Assembly (NCBI GenBank): GCA_009859145.1
Contig: VRVR01000045.1
Span: forward strand, 31,506-95,505
Source of the DNA: Andalucia godoyi And28
Taxonomy: Eukaryota > Protista > Jakobida
Direction: 5' to 3'
DNA length: 64,000 bases
The position numbers and the translations under genes are program-made. Below are positions 40,413 through 49,714 of this stretch, in pieces. The notes under the pieces are model-generated. The model was not told the origin of the DNA. It did no database searches and saw only the letters and a program-made list of their open reading frames with translations. Numbering within the stretch: the stretch's first letter is position 1; each line of letters begins with the position of its first letter.

Positions 40413-42929
40413 CTATTCCTCCTCGTCGTCCGAGTCCACGTCCATTGCATCTTCGTCGTCGTCCAGCACGTTGCTCTGGTCGTCGTCGCTGTCGCTTTCG
40501 TCGTCTTGCACCATGGCGTCATCGTCGTCGTCGTCGTCGTCTGGATGTTGCATGCGGCCCGCTAAGAAGCTCGATACATTTCCGGCCGGCGACTGCGAAG
40601 AGGAAGAGGAGTTGCTCTTGGAGGTGGAGGTGGACACGGAAGCGTTCTTGGTGGTGTCTGGGCGGCTCGCAAGAGCCGTGCGCTTCTGATTCCGGATCTC
40701 TGCAAGCAATATCCGGGCATCGGCAACAAACGACCCGCCGCAATCCGACAGGCGCAGTGCACACTCTTCGGCCCATCCGAGCTCCTCCAGCCGCAAGTCG
40801 ACCGTCGATGGAGACGACCCAGAAACCGCTGGTGTTGCGTAAAACGACGCAAGGAACCGGAATGCACTCGCGATATCCTGGCCTTCGCAGACGGAACTCA
40901 GAGTCTCGACATCCGGTATGCTGCGAGCTCGTTTCGCTGCCCATGCATCTGCAGTCCACTCGTCTTCACTCACACCCCGATCCTCGGGACGCAGTGGCGG
41001 CGGTCGCTGTGAATGTGGTTGTTGGTCGTGGCTTGTTTCTGTGGCGATCGCGTGGCACCGCGCAAGCCATTCCCAGTATGTCCCGGCCGCAAGCTCTCGT
41101 TTGCCAAGTCGTTCATAGACTGCACCGAGCCTGACGAGTGCCGAGACCTCGATCTGCCCTGTCATGACCACGACGCTCTTTTCACCACCACTACCTGCCG
41201 CAGAAAGTACGCCGTCCACTGAAGGCTTGTGGTTCACCGCCGGGCCTCCGACGAGGAACAGTGGCATCGCAGCGCGGGGCTTTGCAGCCCGGTGGAAGCA
41301 CCGTGCCGCATCCACCCAGTTTTCGAGCTTGGAGAGCGCAAAGCCAAGAGCAGCCCAGATGCGGCCGTCGTAAGGGCGCAGCTGGGCGGCGCTTGAGTAG
41401 TACCACGTCGCGAGCTCCCAGCGCTGCAGCAGCTCGTAGGTCTGTCCGAGCCCGTACCACGCGCGGAAGTCTGCAGGGACGACATCAATGGCCCTGCGGT
41501 ACGCAACGACTGCCGCAGACGTGTTCTTCAGCTCGACGCACTCGTGGCCCAGCAGCGTCCATGCCGCGACGCACCGGCCGTCCATTTGCACTGCCCGCTT
41601 GAAGTACTGCGCCGCGAGCTCGTGTCGGCCGCGCAGAGAGTAGTAGTTCCCAACCACGAGCGCAGAGATTGTGTGGAACCGATCGACGGCGCTTACCGCC
41701 TGTGCAAGCTCTGCAAGCGCCGTCCGGTCGTTCTGCACATACAGGATGTTCGAAAGCGTGTCGAGCGAGTCCAGGCGGAACGGCGCGATCTGCCGTGCCC
41801 GCTCCAGCAGTTCACGCGCCTCCTCAAACCGCCGCACCGCATAATATGCATATGCATCCAGCGTCAGCAGCAGCGGACAACCGTCGTGCATGCCTGGAGG
41901 AATCACGTGCGTTTTCAAGTACTGTGCTGCATCCTGCATGCGGTCAGGACGCGCTTGCGACTCGTGCTGGCAGTACACATCAAACATGCTCCACACCGAC
42001 CACAGCAGGCGCCGCCCTCGCTCCGCTCTGCTATTACCGTTACTATTGCTACTACTACCATTGCTGCTGTTGCTGTTGCTGTTGCTGTTGGCACCGCTCG
42101 TGGTGGAGAAGAGGTGAGGATAGAGTGTACGGAACCGAGTGGACGCGACGCGCTGGTCCTCGTGTGCCGCAGACGCAAAGAGCGGGTTGTCCATGACCGA
42201 CTGTGCAAGACCTGTCCACGCGCTCCACAGCAGCGGGACCTGCACCACGGCCTTTGCAAACGACTCGAATGCCTCTTCCCACCGCGCCATGCTCAGCAAG
42301 CATGCGCCGCGCAAGTACTCGAGAAACGGGTCGTAACGGCACCCGCAGTCGTCGGAATCGAAGTCGGAATCAGAGTTGGAGTTAGAGTTGGAGTTGGAGT
42401 AGGACTCGGCGAGGGCAGTCCAGCAGCGGAGTTCATCGAGAATAAGCGGGACAGATGCACTCGCAACGGCCGAATGCGCAGGCGCATCCGACACCGCAAG
42501 CACATCCTGCTCTCGGATGCCTTCTGCATGCAAAAATCGCGCAAACAGCCGTAGAAAGACGCACGGGAACGAAATTTCCATCTTTGGAACAGTTGACGTG
42601 GATGACGTCGGGGCCATCGGCAGCGGCAGCGCGGCGTCCAGGAACGACAGCGTGTGGGCCGCCGAGAGGTACTCGCCGCGGTCAAAGTACGCCTTGGCAC
42701 ACAGGAACGCGTCCGTGTCGCCCGGTTGTATCACTTGATACCAGGGCTGCCCAGGCCTTGCAGCTGGTGACGCTGAGTGGCTGGTAGCATCAAGTGATGG
42801 AAGCGAGGACAGCAGATCGGCACAGAACCGCGCGGAAACCGCCAGTCCGCGCGTCGAAAACGAAATCAAAGAGTGCCGGAGATTCAGCCTCCATTCTGCG
42901 ACAGAAAGCGCAGCAAACGAATGACGCAT
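40413..42929 (-). CDS. CDC23: Anaphase-promoting complex subunit 8 (TPR protein)
   Basis: DTLSNILYV, VGNYYSLRGRHELA..YFKRA, AWTLLGHECVELKNT.AA..AYRRAID, DFRAWYGLGQTYELL: the CDC23 TPR signature. Confidence 0.92.
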   Translation of the reverse strand: MRHSFAALSVAEWRLNLRHSLISFSTRGLAVSARFCADLLSSLPSLDATSHSASPAARPGQPWYQVIQPGDTDAFLCAKAYFDRGEYLSAAHTLSFLDAALPLPMAPTSSTSTVPKMEISFPCVFLRLFARFLHAEGIREQDVLAVSDAPAHSAVASASVPLILDELRCWTALAESYSNSNSNSNSDSDFDSDDCGCRYDPFLEYLRGACLLSMARWEEAFESFAKAVVQVPLLWSAWTGLAQSVMDNPLFASAAHEDQRVASTRFRTLYPHLFSTTSGANSNSNSNSSNGSSSNSNGNSRAERGRRLLWSVWSMFDVYCQHESQARPDRMQDAAQYLKTHVIPPGMHDGCPLLLTLDAYAYYAVRRFEEARELLERARQIAPFRLDSLDTLSNILYVQNDRTALAELAQAVSAVDRFHTISALVVGNYYSLRGRHELAAQYFKRAVQMDGRCVAAWTLLGHECVELKNTSAAVVAYRRAIDVVPADFRAWYGLGQTYELLQRWELATWYYSSAAQLRPYDGRIWAALGFALSKLENWVDAARCFHRAAKPRAAMPLFLVGGPAVNHKPSVDGVLSAAGSGGEKSVVVMTGQIEVSALVRLGAVYERLGKRELAAGTYWEWLARCHAIATETSHDQQPHSQRPPPLRPEDRGVSEDEWTADAWAAKRARSIPDVETLSSVCEGQDIASAFRFLASFYATPAVSGSSPSTVDLRLEELGWAEECALRLSDCGGSFVADARILLAEIRNQKRTALASRPDTTKNASVSTSTSKSNSSSSSQSPAGNVSSFLAGRMQHPDDDDDDDDAMVQDDESDSDDDQSNVLDDDEDAMDVDSDDEEE

Positions 42930-43327
42930 TATAATCTGACTGTTCTTTTCTTTTCTTTCTTTTTTTCTTTTTCAGCTGCGTAGTTTGATTTTCAACAATC
43001 GAATTAAAAAAGAGAAACAGGGAATTTGCAAATATTCGGGGAAAGGCAGAGAGAGATCGACAGCATCAAATTTGTAGCATCAATGCACGAAGAGCGGGGG
43101 GTCGGAATATGTCCGAGCAGGAGAACGGTGAATGAACCATCAAACTGCCCGACAGCGACAGGCGGATGTTCATTGATCGCTTTCTTTTTCTTTTTCTTTT
43201 TCTTTTTTCTTTTTTCCCCCCCTTCTTCTCGTGCATGAACAAAGGGAAAGGTGAAAAAGGTGGGAAAGTGGGACAGCGGACGTTTTGGGTTTTTTTTGGA
43301 GTCTTGCATTGGAGTTTTGGAGGTTGG

Positions 43328-44125
43328 ATGAGTCATGTTGCGCTGGATTCACCTGTCGTAAAGAAGAAGGGTAATGCGTTGACACACGTCGACTCGCCTC
43401 GCCGATCGGCTGTGGAGGCATTGGCGAGCCTTCCTTTTCGAGAATCGCCCGATGCGCTTGATGGGTGGGATTTGCCCGCCGACGATTTCCTTCCCGCCAG
43501 CCCGCATCCCGTGCAGCAACGACAACCGCCACAAAGTCCCAAAGATGCCGCGATGCCTGATCCAAGCACGCTATACACGACGGCAGCAGTAGCAACAACA
43601 ACAACAGCAACAACAGCAACAACAGCAACAACAACAACAGTGGCGAGAAGGGGGAGGAAAAAAAAGAAGAAATCCAGCACGACGGCTGCTGCTACGTCTA
43701 CTCGCTCTTCGTCTGGGTCTGGATACGGATCCATGTTTTCGTCAATTGAGCTGGAAAAGAAGAGAAGGAAAGAAGAGTACGTCAAGAATGTATCGGCGCA
43801 ACTTCGCAACGAAGATGCAAGCAATCGGCTCTCAGCGTACATTGAAAAGCGGAAAAGGGCTCTTGAAATGCGGTTCGCGAAAACCGCGGCAGTCCAGCTT
43901 TCTTCGCGCGGCCCGACCCTCACGATCTCTGTGCCACCACTGCAGTCGAGGCCTCCGCCGCAGTCGACGGCGGTAACAGTGCCGAGGCCACCTGTTCGAA
44001 GACCGCACAATCCAACGCCAGCCAAGGAGCGCCCGGTTGTATCGATGCCAGTGTTTGGGCGACCCGTTGAAAAGAAGAAGGCCGAAGTGACGCGCGTCAT
44101 CAAGGTCTCTCTCCGTTCAAGCTGA
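43328..44125 (+). CDS. Hypothetical low-complexity basic protein
   Basis: In-frame ATG at 43328; poly-Thr/Ala tract, basic NLS-like stretches and a short coiled coil; no family motif recognised. Confidence 0.5.
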   Translation: MSHVALDSPVVKKKGNALTHVDSPRRSAVEALASLPFRESPDALDGWDLPADDFLPASPHPVQQRQPPQSPKDAAMPDPSTLYTTAAVATTTTATTATTATTTTVARRGRKKKKKSSTTAAATSTRSSSGSGYGSMFSSIELEKKRRKEEYVKNVSAQLRNEDASNRLSAYIEKRKRALEMRFAKTAAVQLSSRGPTLTISVPPLQSRPPPQSTAVTVPRPPVRRPHNPTPAKERPVVSMPVFGRPVEKKKAEVTRVIKVSLRSS

Positions 44126-44205
44126 GCATTCGCAAGTGTTTTTTCGTTTTTTTTTTAAATTAATACTACGCTGTTCGATTTCAACTAGACTATTCCCGGC
44201 ACGTT

Positions 44206-44769
44206 TTACTTCTTCTGAAGGGCAGACTGGATTTGTGCGGCCAGGATTTCGGGCGCGGATTTTTCGAATTCTGCAGGCGAGTTCTCGACGTTGAGTGCCT
44301 TGACGGTGCCATTGTCGACGAACATCGAGTATCGTTTGGACCGGATGCCAAGGCCGGCTGCGGTAAGATCCACGTCCAGGCCCACCGCCTTTGTAAACAC
44401 CGCGCTGGGGTCCGCCAGAAACACAATCCCCTCAGCGCCGTCCAGCGACTTCTTCCAAGCTTCGACTGTAAACGGATCGTTCACCGCCACACAGCAGATG
44501 ACGTCCGCACCCGCCTTCTTGAGCTCCGACTGGTGCGAGATGTACGCAGGAACATGCTTGGAATGGCAAACGGGCGTAAACGCTCCCGGAACCGAAAACA
44601 ACGCCACACGCTTCCCTCCAAAAAAGTCAGCCGCTCCAACAGTCGTACCCGTAATCGTGGGCTCGCCACGTGCATAGAACACTACAGTCGACGGGCTCTT
44701 TCGAAGCGCCTGCGTCACAGACTCTGCCGTCGCCGAAAACATTCTTCGAAACACCGTCATTGTCGCCAT
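44206..44769 (-). CDS. PRDX5: Type II peroxiredoxin (Prx5/Ahp1 class), probable mitochondrial presequence
   Basis: VPGAFTPVCHSKHVP, VAVNDPF, RSKRYSMFVDNG; Arg/Ser-rich N-terminus lacking acidic residues. Confidence 0.92.
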   Translation of the reverse strand: MATMTVFRRMFSATAESVTQALRKSPSTVVFYARGEPTITGTTVGAADFFGGKRVALFSVPGAFTPVCHSKHVPAYISHQSELKKAGADVICCVAVNDPFTVEAWKKSLDGAEGIVFLADPSAVFTKAVGLDVDLTAAGLGIRSKRYSMFVDNGTVKALNVENSPAEFEKSAPEILAAQIQSALQKK

Positions 44770-45109
44770 CTTCTTCTTCTTCTTCTTTTTCTATTGCTTT
44801 TCCTCTTTCCTTTTACTTTTCCGCTTACTTATGCAAGTATGGAGATGTACAAAACGGGAATCAAATGCAGACGCATTTTTTGGCCAGCGAGCAATTTGGT
44901 TGTGGATGCGGAGCACTGTGGGGGGCAGCAGCAAGTCGTTCGAGTTGATGCATTGATGCTACCAATTTTTTTTTTTAAGGTCGCCTTCGCTTCGTGGAGG
45001 GTTTTATGCTGCTGTATGTGCACACAGTGAGACCTTGGCCATTCTGTTCTTTTTTGAGTTTGTGAAAGAACCAACCAACCAGCAGTCGTAACGGGATTGC
45101 GGAGAGACG

Positions 45110-46219
45110 ATGGCTGGCGTGTCAGTGCTTGCGGGTGTGGTGCTTCTGAGCGTAAGTGTGGCGCTGTGTGGCGGCGCAGGGACGTTCTATCGTGCGTCGG
45201 ATCTCAAGGATTTTGTGTACGACAGGCAGACTGGGTTCGTGTTTGGCACGGGATCGGCGGATTCGGGCGAATCGGGTCTGCTGTACCGGTACGAGGTGGC
45301 AAGTGGAAAGACGCTTGCGCCGGTGAAGCTGGGATCGATGCTCCGGGGGCTTGCGCTCTCGCGAGACGGAGAGACGCTGTATGTGTGTGACTTGGCGGCT
45401 ATAGATACAGTGGCGGGGGTTGCGTGGGTGTGGACCGTGTCGGTGCGGGACGCGGTGTCGGGGGCGTTTGTAAGCGCGGGAAAGCTGTTGTATCCGAGTA
45501 CAGCGGGAGTGCTGCCGGCCTATGGATCGTTTGATGTGGCTGTGCTCAAGGATGAGTCGGTTGTCGTCACGACCGGCAACCAGTGGTCGACCCCGCAGGT
45601 GATTCAGCCGTCGACGGGAAAGACGTTTTCCATTGCTACAACTGTGATGGGGGGCCGCGTCGAGGCACTGGGCGACGGGTCAGCGGCACTGATTCTTAAC
45701 ACCGGCGTCTCCGGGGCGGATCTGTTCCTGTTTGAGCTGTCAGCGCCACAGACCGTCAGACGGCTGACGAGCATCAATGCGTTTGCATATGACATGCAGA
45801 CAGAAGGGCCGTTTTCAAGTCGCATCTGCATCCCAACGTACCAGAGTGTCATGGTCTACGACATTGCTGGCACTCCTTCGCCGACGCCCAACCCGATTGT
45901 CCTCCCGGTGAACGGCGCGCTTGGCTGTGCGTTTGATCCGTGCGACAGCTCGATTCTGTACGTTGCGGCATCGCCGGCGTCGCAGGCTACGTCAGTGATC
46001 AGCACGTATGATCTCACGTCCGGCGCTGTGGTCTCCACGTCGGACATGAAGCAGTACTGGCTCTACTGGGAGTCCAACCAGCCATTCTCCGTTGGCTCTC
46101 TCAAGATGTTCTCGGACGGAAATGCCCTTGTTGTCAACGTCGGAAACTCTTCTTCCCCGGCTGTGCTTGGTTCGTCCGCTGGATTTGTTGCCCTTAAACG
46201 ACAAATCACCCTTTCCTAG
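45110..46219 (+). CDS. Secreted beta-propeller-like hypothetical protein
   Basis: Signal peptide followed by repeated beta-rich blades (GLALSRDGETLYVCD, FDVAV, AFDPCDSSILYVA). Confidence 0.6.
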   Translation: MAGVSVLAGVVLLSVSVALCGGAGTFYRASDLKDFVYDRQTGFVFGTGSADSGESGLLYRYEVASGKTLAPVKLGSMLRGLALSRDGETLYVCDLAAIDTVAGVAWVWTVSVRDAVSGAFVSAGKLLYPSTAGVLPAYGSFDVAVLKDESVVVTTGNQWSTPQVIQPSTGKTFSIATTVMGGRVEALGDGSAALILNTGVSGADLFLFELSAPQTVRRLTSINAFAYDMQTEGPFSSRICIPTYQSVMVYDIAGTPSPTPNPIVLPVNGALGCAFDPCDSSILYVAASPASQATSVISTYDLTSGAVVSTSDMKQYWLYWESNQPFSVGSLKMFSDGNALVVNVGNSSSPAVLGSSAGFVALKRQITLS

Positions 46220-46739
46220 GCCACCGTCTTTTTCCGCCAATCCTCTTCTTTCTCCTTTTTCGGGCGTGCTGGCTTGCTTGCCTGCATGCTGATGTGGATG
46301 TATGCTGCTTCCGCGAGATTCGTTTTGTGGTTTGATTTTCATGGCTCGGATGTATTTTTCTCCTTGTATTGTAAGATGTTGTCGTTGTATGTTTATTGCT
46401 GTATTGTTAAGAATGAAAATGAAGAAGAGGAAGAAGAAAACCGCTAAGTCGAGAATGCTCGCGAACAGAATCGACGTTGTGCTCCGGGGTGTGTGACAAG
46501 GAGCGTGACAGTCGGGGAAAACGCCTTTCGGAGATTTTTCCCTTCCCTCCCATCCTCACATCAACAAATCCCACGGTCAGTTGAGGTCTTGAGGCGCGGT
46601 TTTCCGAAGACAGGCTCATGAGTCACAAGTTGAGCATCTCTGTGCATTCGTACCGATTTTGGAAATTCTGATTGGACTGATATTCTGGAGAGCGAAAACC
46701 CCGAAGAAAACAACAAAAACATAAAGAGTCAGAAAAAAA

Positions 46740-47069
46740 ATGTCTACGATGCAAGGCACGGCGGTACTGATGAACACGCAGAGAGGGCTTGCGGCCTCTA
46801 CGACGGATGTTCCGGTGTCTTTTCTTCGCGAGACGCGGCAGCTTGTGACGGATATTACAGCCGCGCACATGTCTGCTTCTCAGCTTGCAGGCTACGGTGC
46901 GTTTTTCGCTGGTGTGGGCGTTGTGCTTGCAGGTACGGGCGTTCTTGCGTTTGGCGTGTCTGTGCTCTTGACCTCCATCAAGACCAACTTCTTTCCAGCC
47001 AAGGACCCTAGCCAAGCGACGCCTGACATGCAAGCAGCCGACTGTAGTGAGCATCCCTCAGTCGCATGA
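46740..47069 (+). CDS. Small single-pass membrane protein
   Basis: ATG after an A-rich leader; Gly-rich hydrophobic segment GYGAFFAGVGVVLAGTGVLAFGVSVLL. Confidence 0.5.
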   Translation: MSTMQGTAVLMNTQRGLAASTTDVPVSFLRETRQLVTDITAAHMSASQLAGYGAFFAGVGVVLAGTGVLAFGVSVLLTSIKTNFFPAKDPSQATPDMQAADCSEHPSVA

Positions 47070-47157
47070 CCGTACGACGGGTGCAGGACAGAGACCACAG
47101 AGAGAGAGAAAGACAGACAGCGCGCTCGTGGGTCAGAGAGAGGAGAGGGATGGGGCG

Positions 47158-49305
47158 TCAGGGGCTTCCGGAGGCCAGGTTTTCGAGAAGCGGGAATTTT
47201 TGGGAATCGAGGGCAGGAAAGGAGCCTGGCGGAACAGAGGTGCCGCAGACGCACAGGGACCGCAGATGCTTGAAGCCGGCGTCGCCGGCAGTGTCGATGC
47301 CTTGCAGCGTGATGGCAGTGAAGTTGAGGGCGAGGGACTCGAGGTGTGGCATTGATTGTGCCAGAAGGGCGAGTGACGAGTCTGTGATTCGAGAGTTTCG
47401 GCTGAGATTCAGATGCTTCATTTCGGAGAGAACTGCAAGGTGGCGGACCCCGACGTCCGACAGTAGGCCCGAGCAGATATCGAGGCGCTCGAGGTGCACG
47501 AAGACGGCAAGGAAGACCAGTCCAGAGTCGGAGATGCGGGCCGTGTACAGATCAAGGTGCTTGAGAGTGGTGTGGAGCGACGGGTTGCGGGCAAGCTGGC
47601 GAATCGATCGATCCGTGAGGGACTGGATGTCCAAGTTCAGCACAGACAGACATGGTCCCCACTTGCCGATTGCATCCACAGCGTCATCTTCGAGCCGCGG
47701 GCAGCAGAACAGACGGATTTTCGAAAGATTTGGCGAATCCTGGAGTTTGAGAAGTCCTCGTCGGGAGACCGTTGTTTCGCTCAAATCCAAATCGATGAGA
47801 TTGTGCTGAATGGATCCAAACCCGGTGGATTCAAGAAAGACGTCAGAAACACGCGTGTTGGCGAGTTTTAGGGTTTGGAATGGAAATCGGCAAAGGACGG
47901 TCATGAGACCATCCGTGACTCCAGCGATATTGCTTACATCCAGAGTGTGCAGAGGACAGGCAGGATCTACCAAAGACTGGAAGAACGTCCTGATGTCTGC
48001 CTCGGAGACACGCAGCGATCCCAGCTTGAATACACGCAGGCTTCTGAATACGGGATGTATTCCTGTGTGTCCGTCGGACACGGATTTGAGGAAAATTCTC
48101 CAGCAAAAGCTGATGTTGAGCGTCTCAAGCTGCGATGCAATTTCGGGAACGAGAGCGAAGAAATCCGAAAACAAGGTATCGGACATCAATGTCCCATAAA
48201 CATTGAGGAATGTGAGCGACCGCAGGGCAGTGAGGCATGTGATGTACTTTGACGAGACGCGCGCACAGCGTCCCATGTTCAAGTGCCGCAGCTTCGTAAG
48301 CTTCGAAATGTGGGCGATGCTGTCGTCTCCAAGGCCGGTGCATTGTCCAAGATCAAGATGCTCCAGCGTCGGAGCGAGCTGTGCCAGATGCTCCACGCCT
48401 GAGTCTGTGAGAGACTCGCATCCATGCAGCGACAAGTGCAAGAGGCTCCGAAGCCTTGCAGTGTGCACAAGGTGTCGATCGTCCATCTCCACGTTGTACC
48501 AGTAGTCGAGGTGCAGAAGCGACGGTGGGAACTGTGCAAACTCGGATCCATCCAGATTCGGACACGCAATCAGCCTCAATGCAGACAGCACATTCGACAG
48601 CAGTGGCTTGGATCCAGCAGGCTTCGGGAAAAAGGCACTTGATTCCAGACAGGATGCATTCATGCAGTCGAGCTGCCGCAGCTGCGGGTACCATTCAAAC
48701 AGCACATCCGAAACCAATGCGTTCGTCGCGGCCCTGCCATCAATCGATACCGACGAGACCGGTGTGCCTGCAAAGCTTGACGACCACTCGACCATGCGAC
48801 GCGGGTCTCGACGCTGCGGCTCGATCGAAAGCTTCTTTGCGAATAAATAATCAATCATCCAGAACGGAAGCACAGATACCAAAGGCTGCTCCGTGCGGTC
48901 TGAAAGAAACAAGTCTGCATACTCCACAACGAGATCGAGCAAGCACTCTTGAAGCGTCGCTCCGCGAAAATTCATCTTTTTGTCTGTCTCTTGTCCTGCG
49001 CTTCTTCTGTGCATGCCCGGAGAACTGCCCGGAGAACTGCCCGGAGAACTGCCCGGAGAAGTGACAGCAGGTGGGGAACCACCTTCTGCAGTCGTGGTCC
49101 GGTCCTGCACGACACAAGACGACGTCATCATCACGACATTCGCCAAGGACGAGGAGACACGAATCGGCGACGAGGGGGACAGCATCGGAAACGAAAGACC
49201 GTGGCCCTGCAATGCCGATCCCTGCTGCCGTCTACTTGACGACGCCGACGATGACGAACTGCTGCTTTCTGAAGAAAACGAGTTGCGCGAACAATTGCCT
49301 CCCAT
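47158..49305 (-). CDS. Leucine-rich repeat protein (AMN1/FBXL-like LRRs)
   Basis: Repeated L..L.L..C..LTD.G motifs. Start placed at MGGNCS (49305); an upstream in-frame ATG at 49467 is an alternative. Confidence 0.8.
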   Translation of the reverse strand: MGGNCSRNSFSSESSSSSSSASSSRRQQGSALQGHGLSFPMLSPSSPIRVSSSLANVVMMTSSCVVQDRTTTAEGGSPPAVTSPGSSPGSSPGSSPGMHRRSAGQETDKKMNFRGATLQECLLDLVVEYADLFLSDRTEQPLVSVLPFWMIDYLFAKKLSIEPQRRDPRRMVEWSSSFAGTPVSSVSIDGRAATNALVSDVLFEWYPQLRQLDCMNASCLESSAFFPKPAGSKPLLSNVLSALRLIACPNLDGSEFAQFPPSLLHLDYWYNVEMDDRHLVHTARLRSLLHLSLHGCESLTDSGVEHLAQLAPTLEHLDLGQCTGLGDDSIAHISKLTKLRHLNMGRCARVSSKYITCLTALRSLTFLNVYGTLMSDTLFSDFFALVPEIASQLETLNISFCWRIFLKSVSDGHTGIHPVFRSLRVFKLGSLRVSEADIRTFFQSLVDPACPLHTLDVSNIAGVTDGLMTVLCRFPFQTLKLANTRVSDVFLESTGFGSIQHNLIDLDLSETTVSRRGLLKLQDSPNLSKIRLFCCPRLEDDAVDAIGKWGPCLSVLNLDIQSLTDRSIRQLARNPSLHTTLKHLDLYTARISDSGLVFLAVFVHLERLDICSGLLSDVGVRHLAVLSEMKHLNLSRNSRITDSSLALLAQSMPHLESLALNFTAITLQGIDTAGDAGFKHLRSLCVCGTSVPPGSFPALDSQKFPLLENLASGSP
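49014..49060. repeat. 12-bp coding tandem repeat (TGCCCGGAGAAC x~4; encodes GSSP repeats on the minus strand)
   Basis: Read directly. Confidence 0.9.
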
Positions 49306-49323
49306 TCCAGCTGCAGATTCACC

Positions 49324-49416
49324 ACTACTACTACTATTACTACTACTACTATTACTACTACTACTATTACTACTACTACTATTACTACTACTACTATTAC
49401 TACTACTATTACTACT
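49324..49416. repeat. (ACT)n microsatellite with periodic ATT interruptions
   Basis: Read directly; the unit is mostly ACTACTACTACTATT. Confidence 0.95.
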
Positions 49417-49714
49417 CGTCGTCGTTACCCATAACCATCTGCGGGGAATTATTATTAAACTTGCCATAATCGGGGAATTAAAAAAAAGAATGCCCCGCCC
49501 GTTTGAGGCAGTCAAGGAAACGGCGTTTTTGTTCTACGAGCGATGATGAACCATTGCGAACCGGATTATTATTTGTCATTATTAATTTTCATCGCTCTTG
49601 TTAATATTAATTTTTTATTATGATTATTATGTATATATATATATATATTTAATATTATAGTATTATTTATTCTTTTTTTTGAAGGCTCCCGAAGAGTGTG
49701 CTGTTTTTCCAAGA

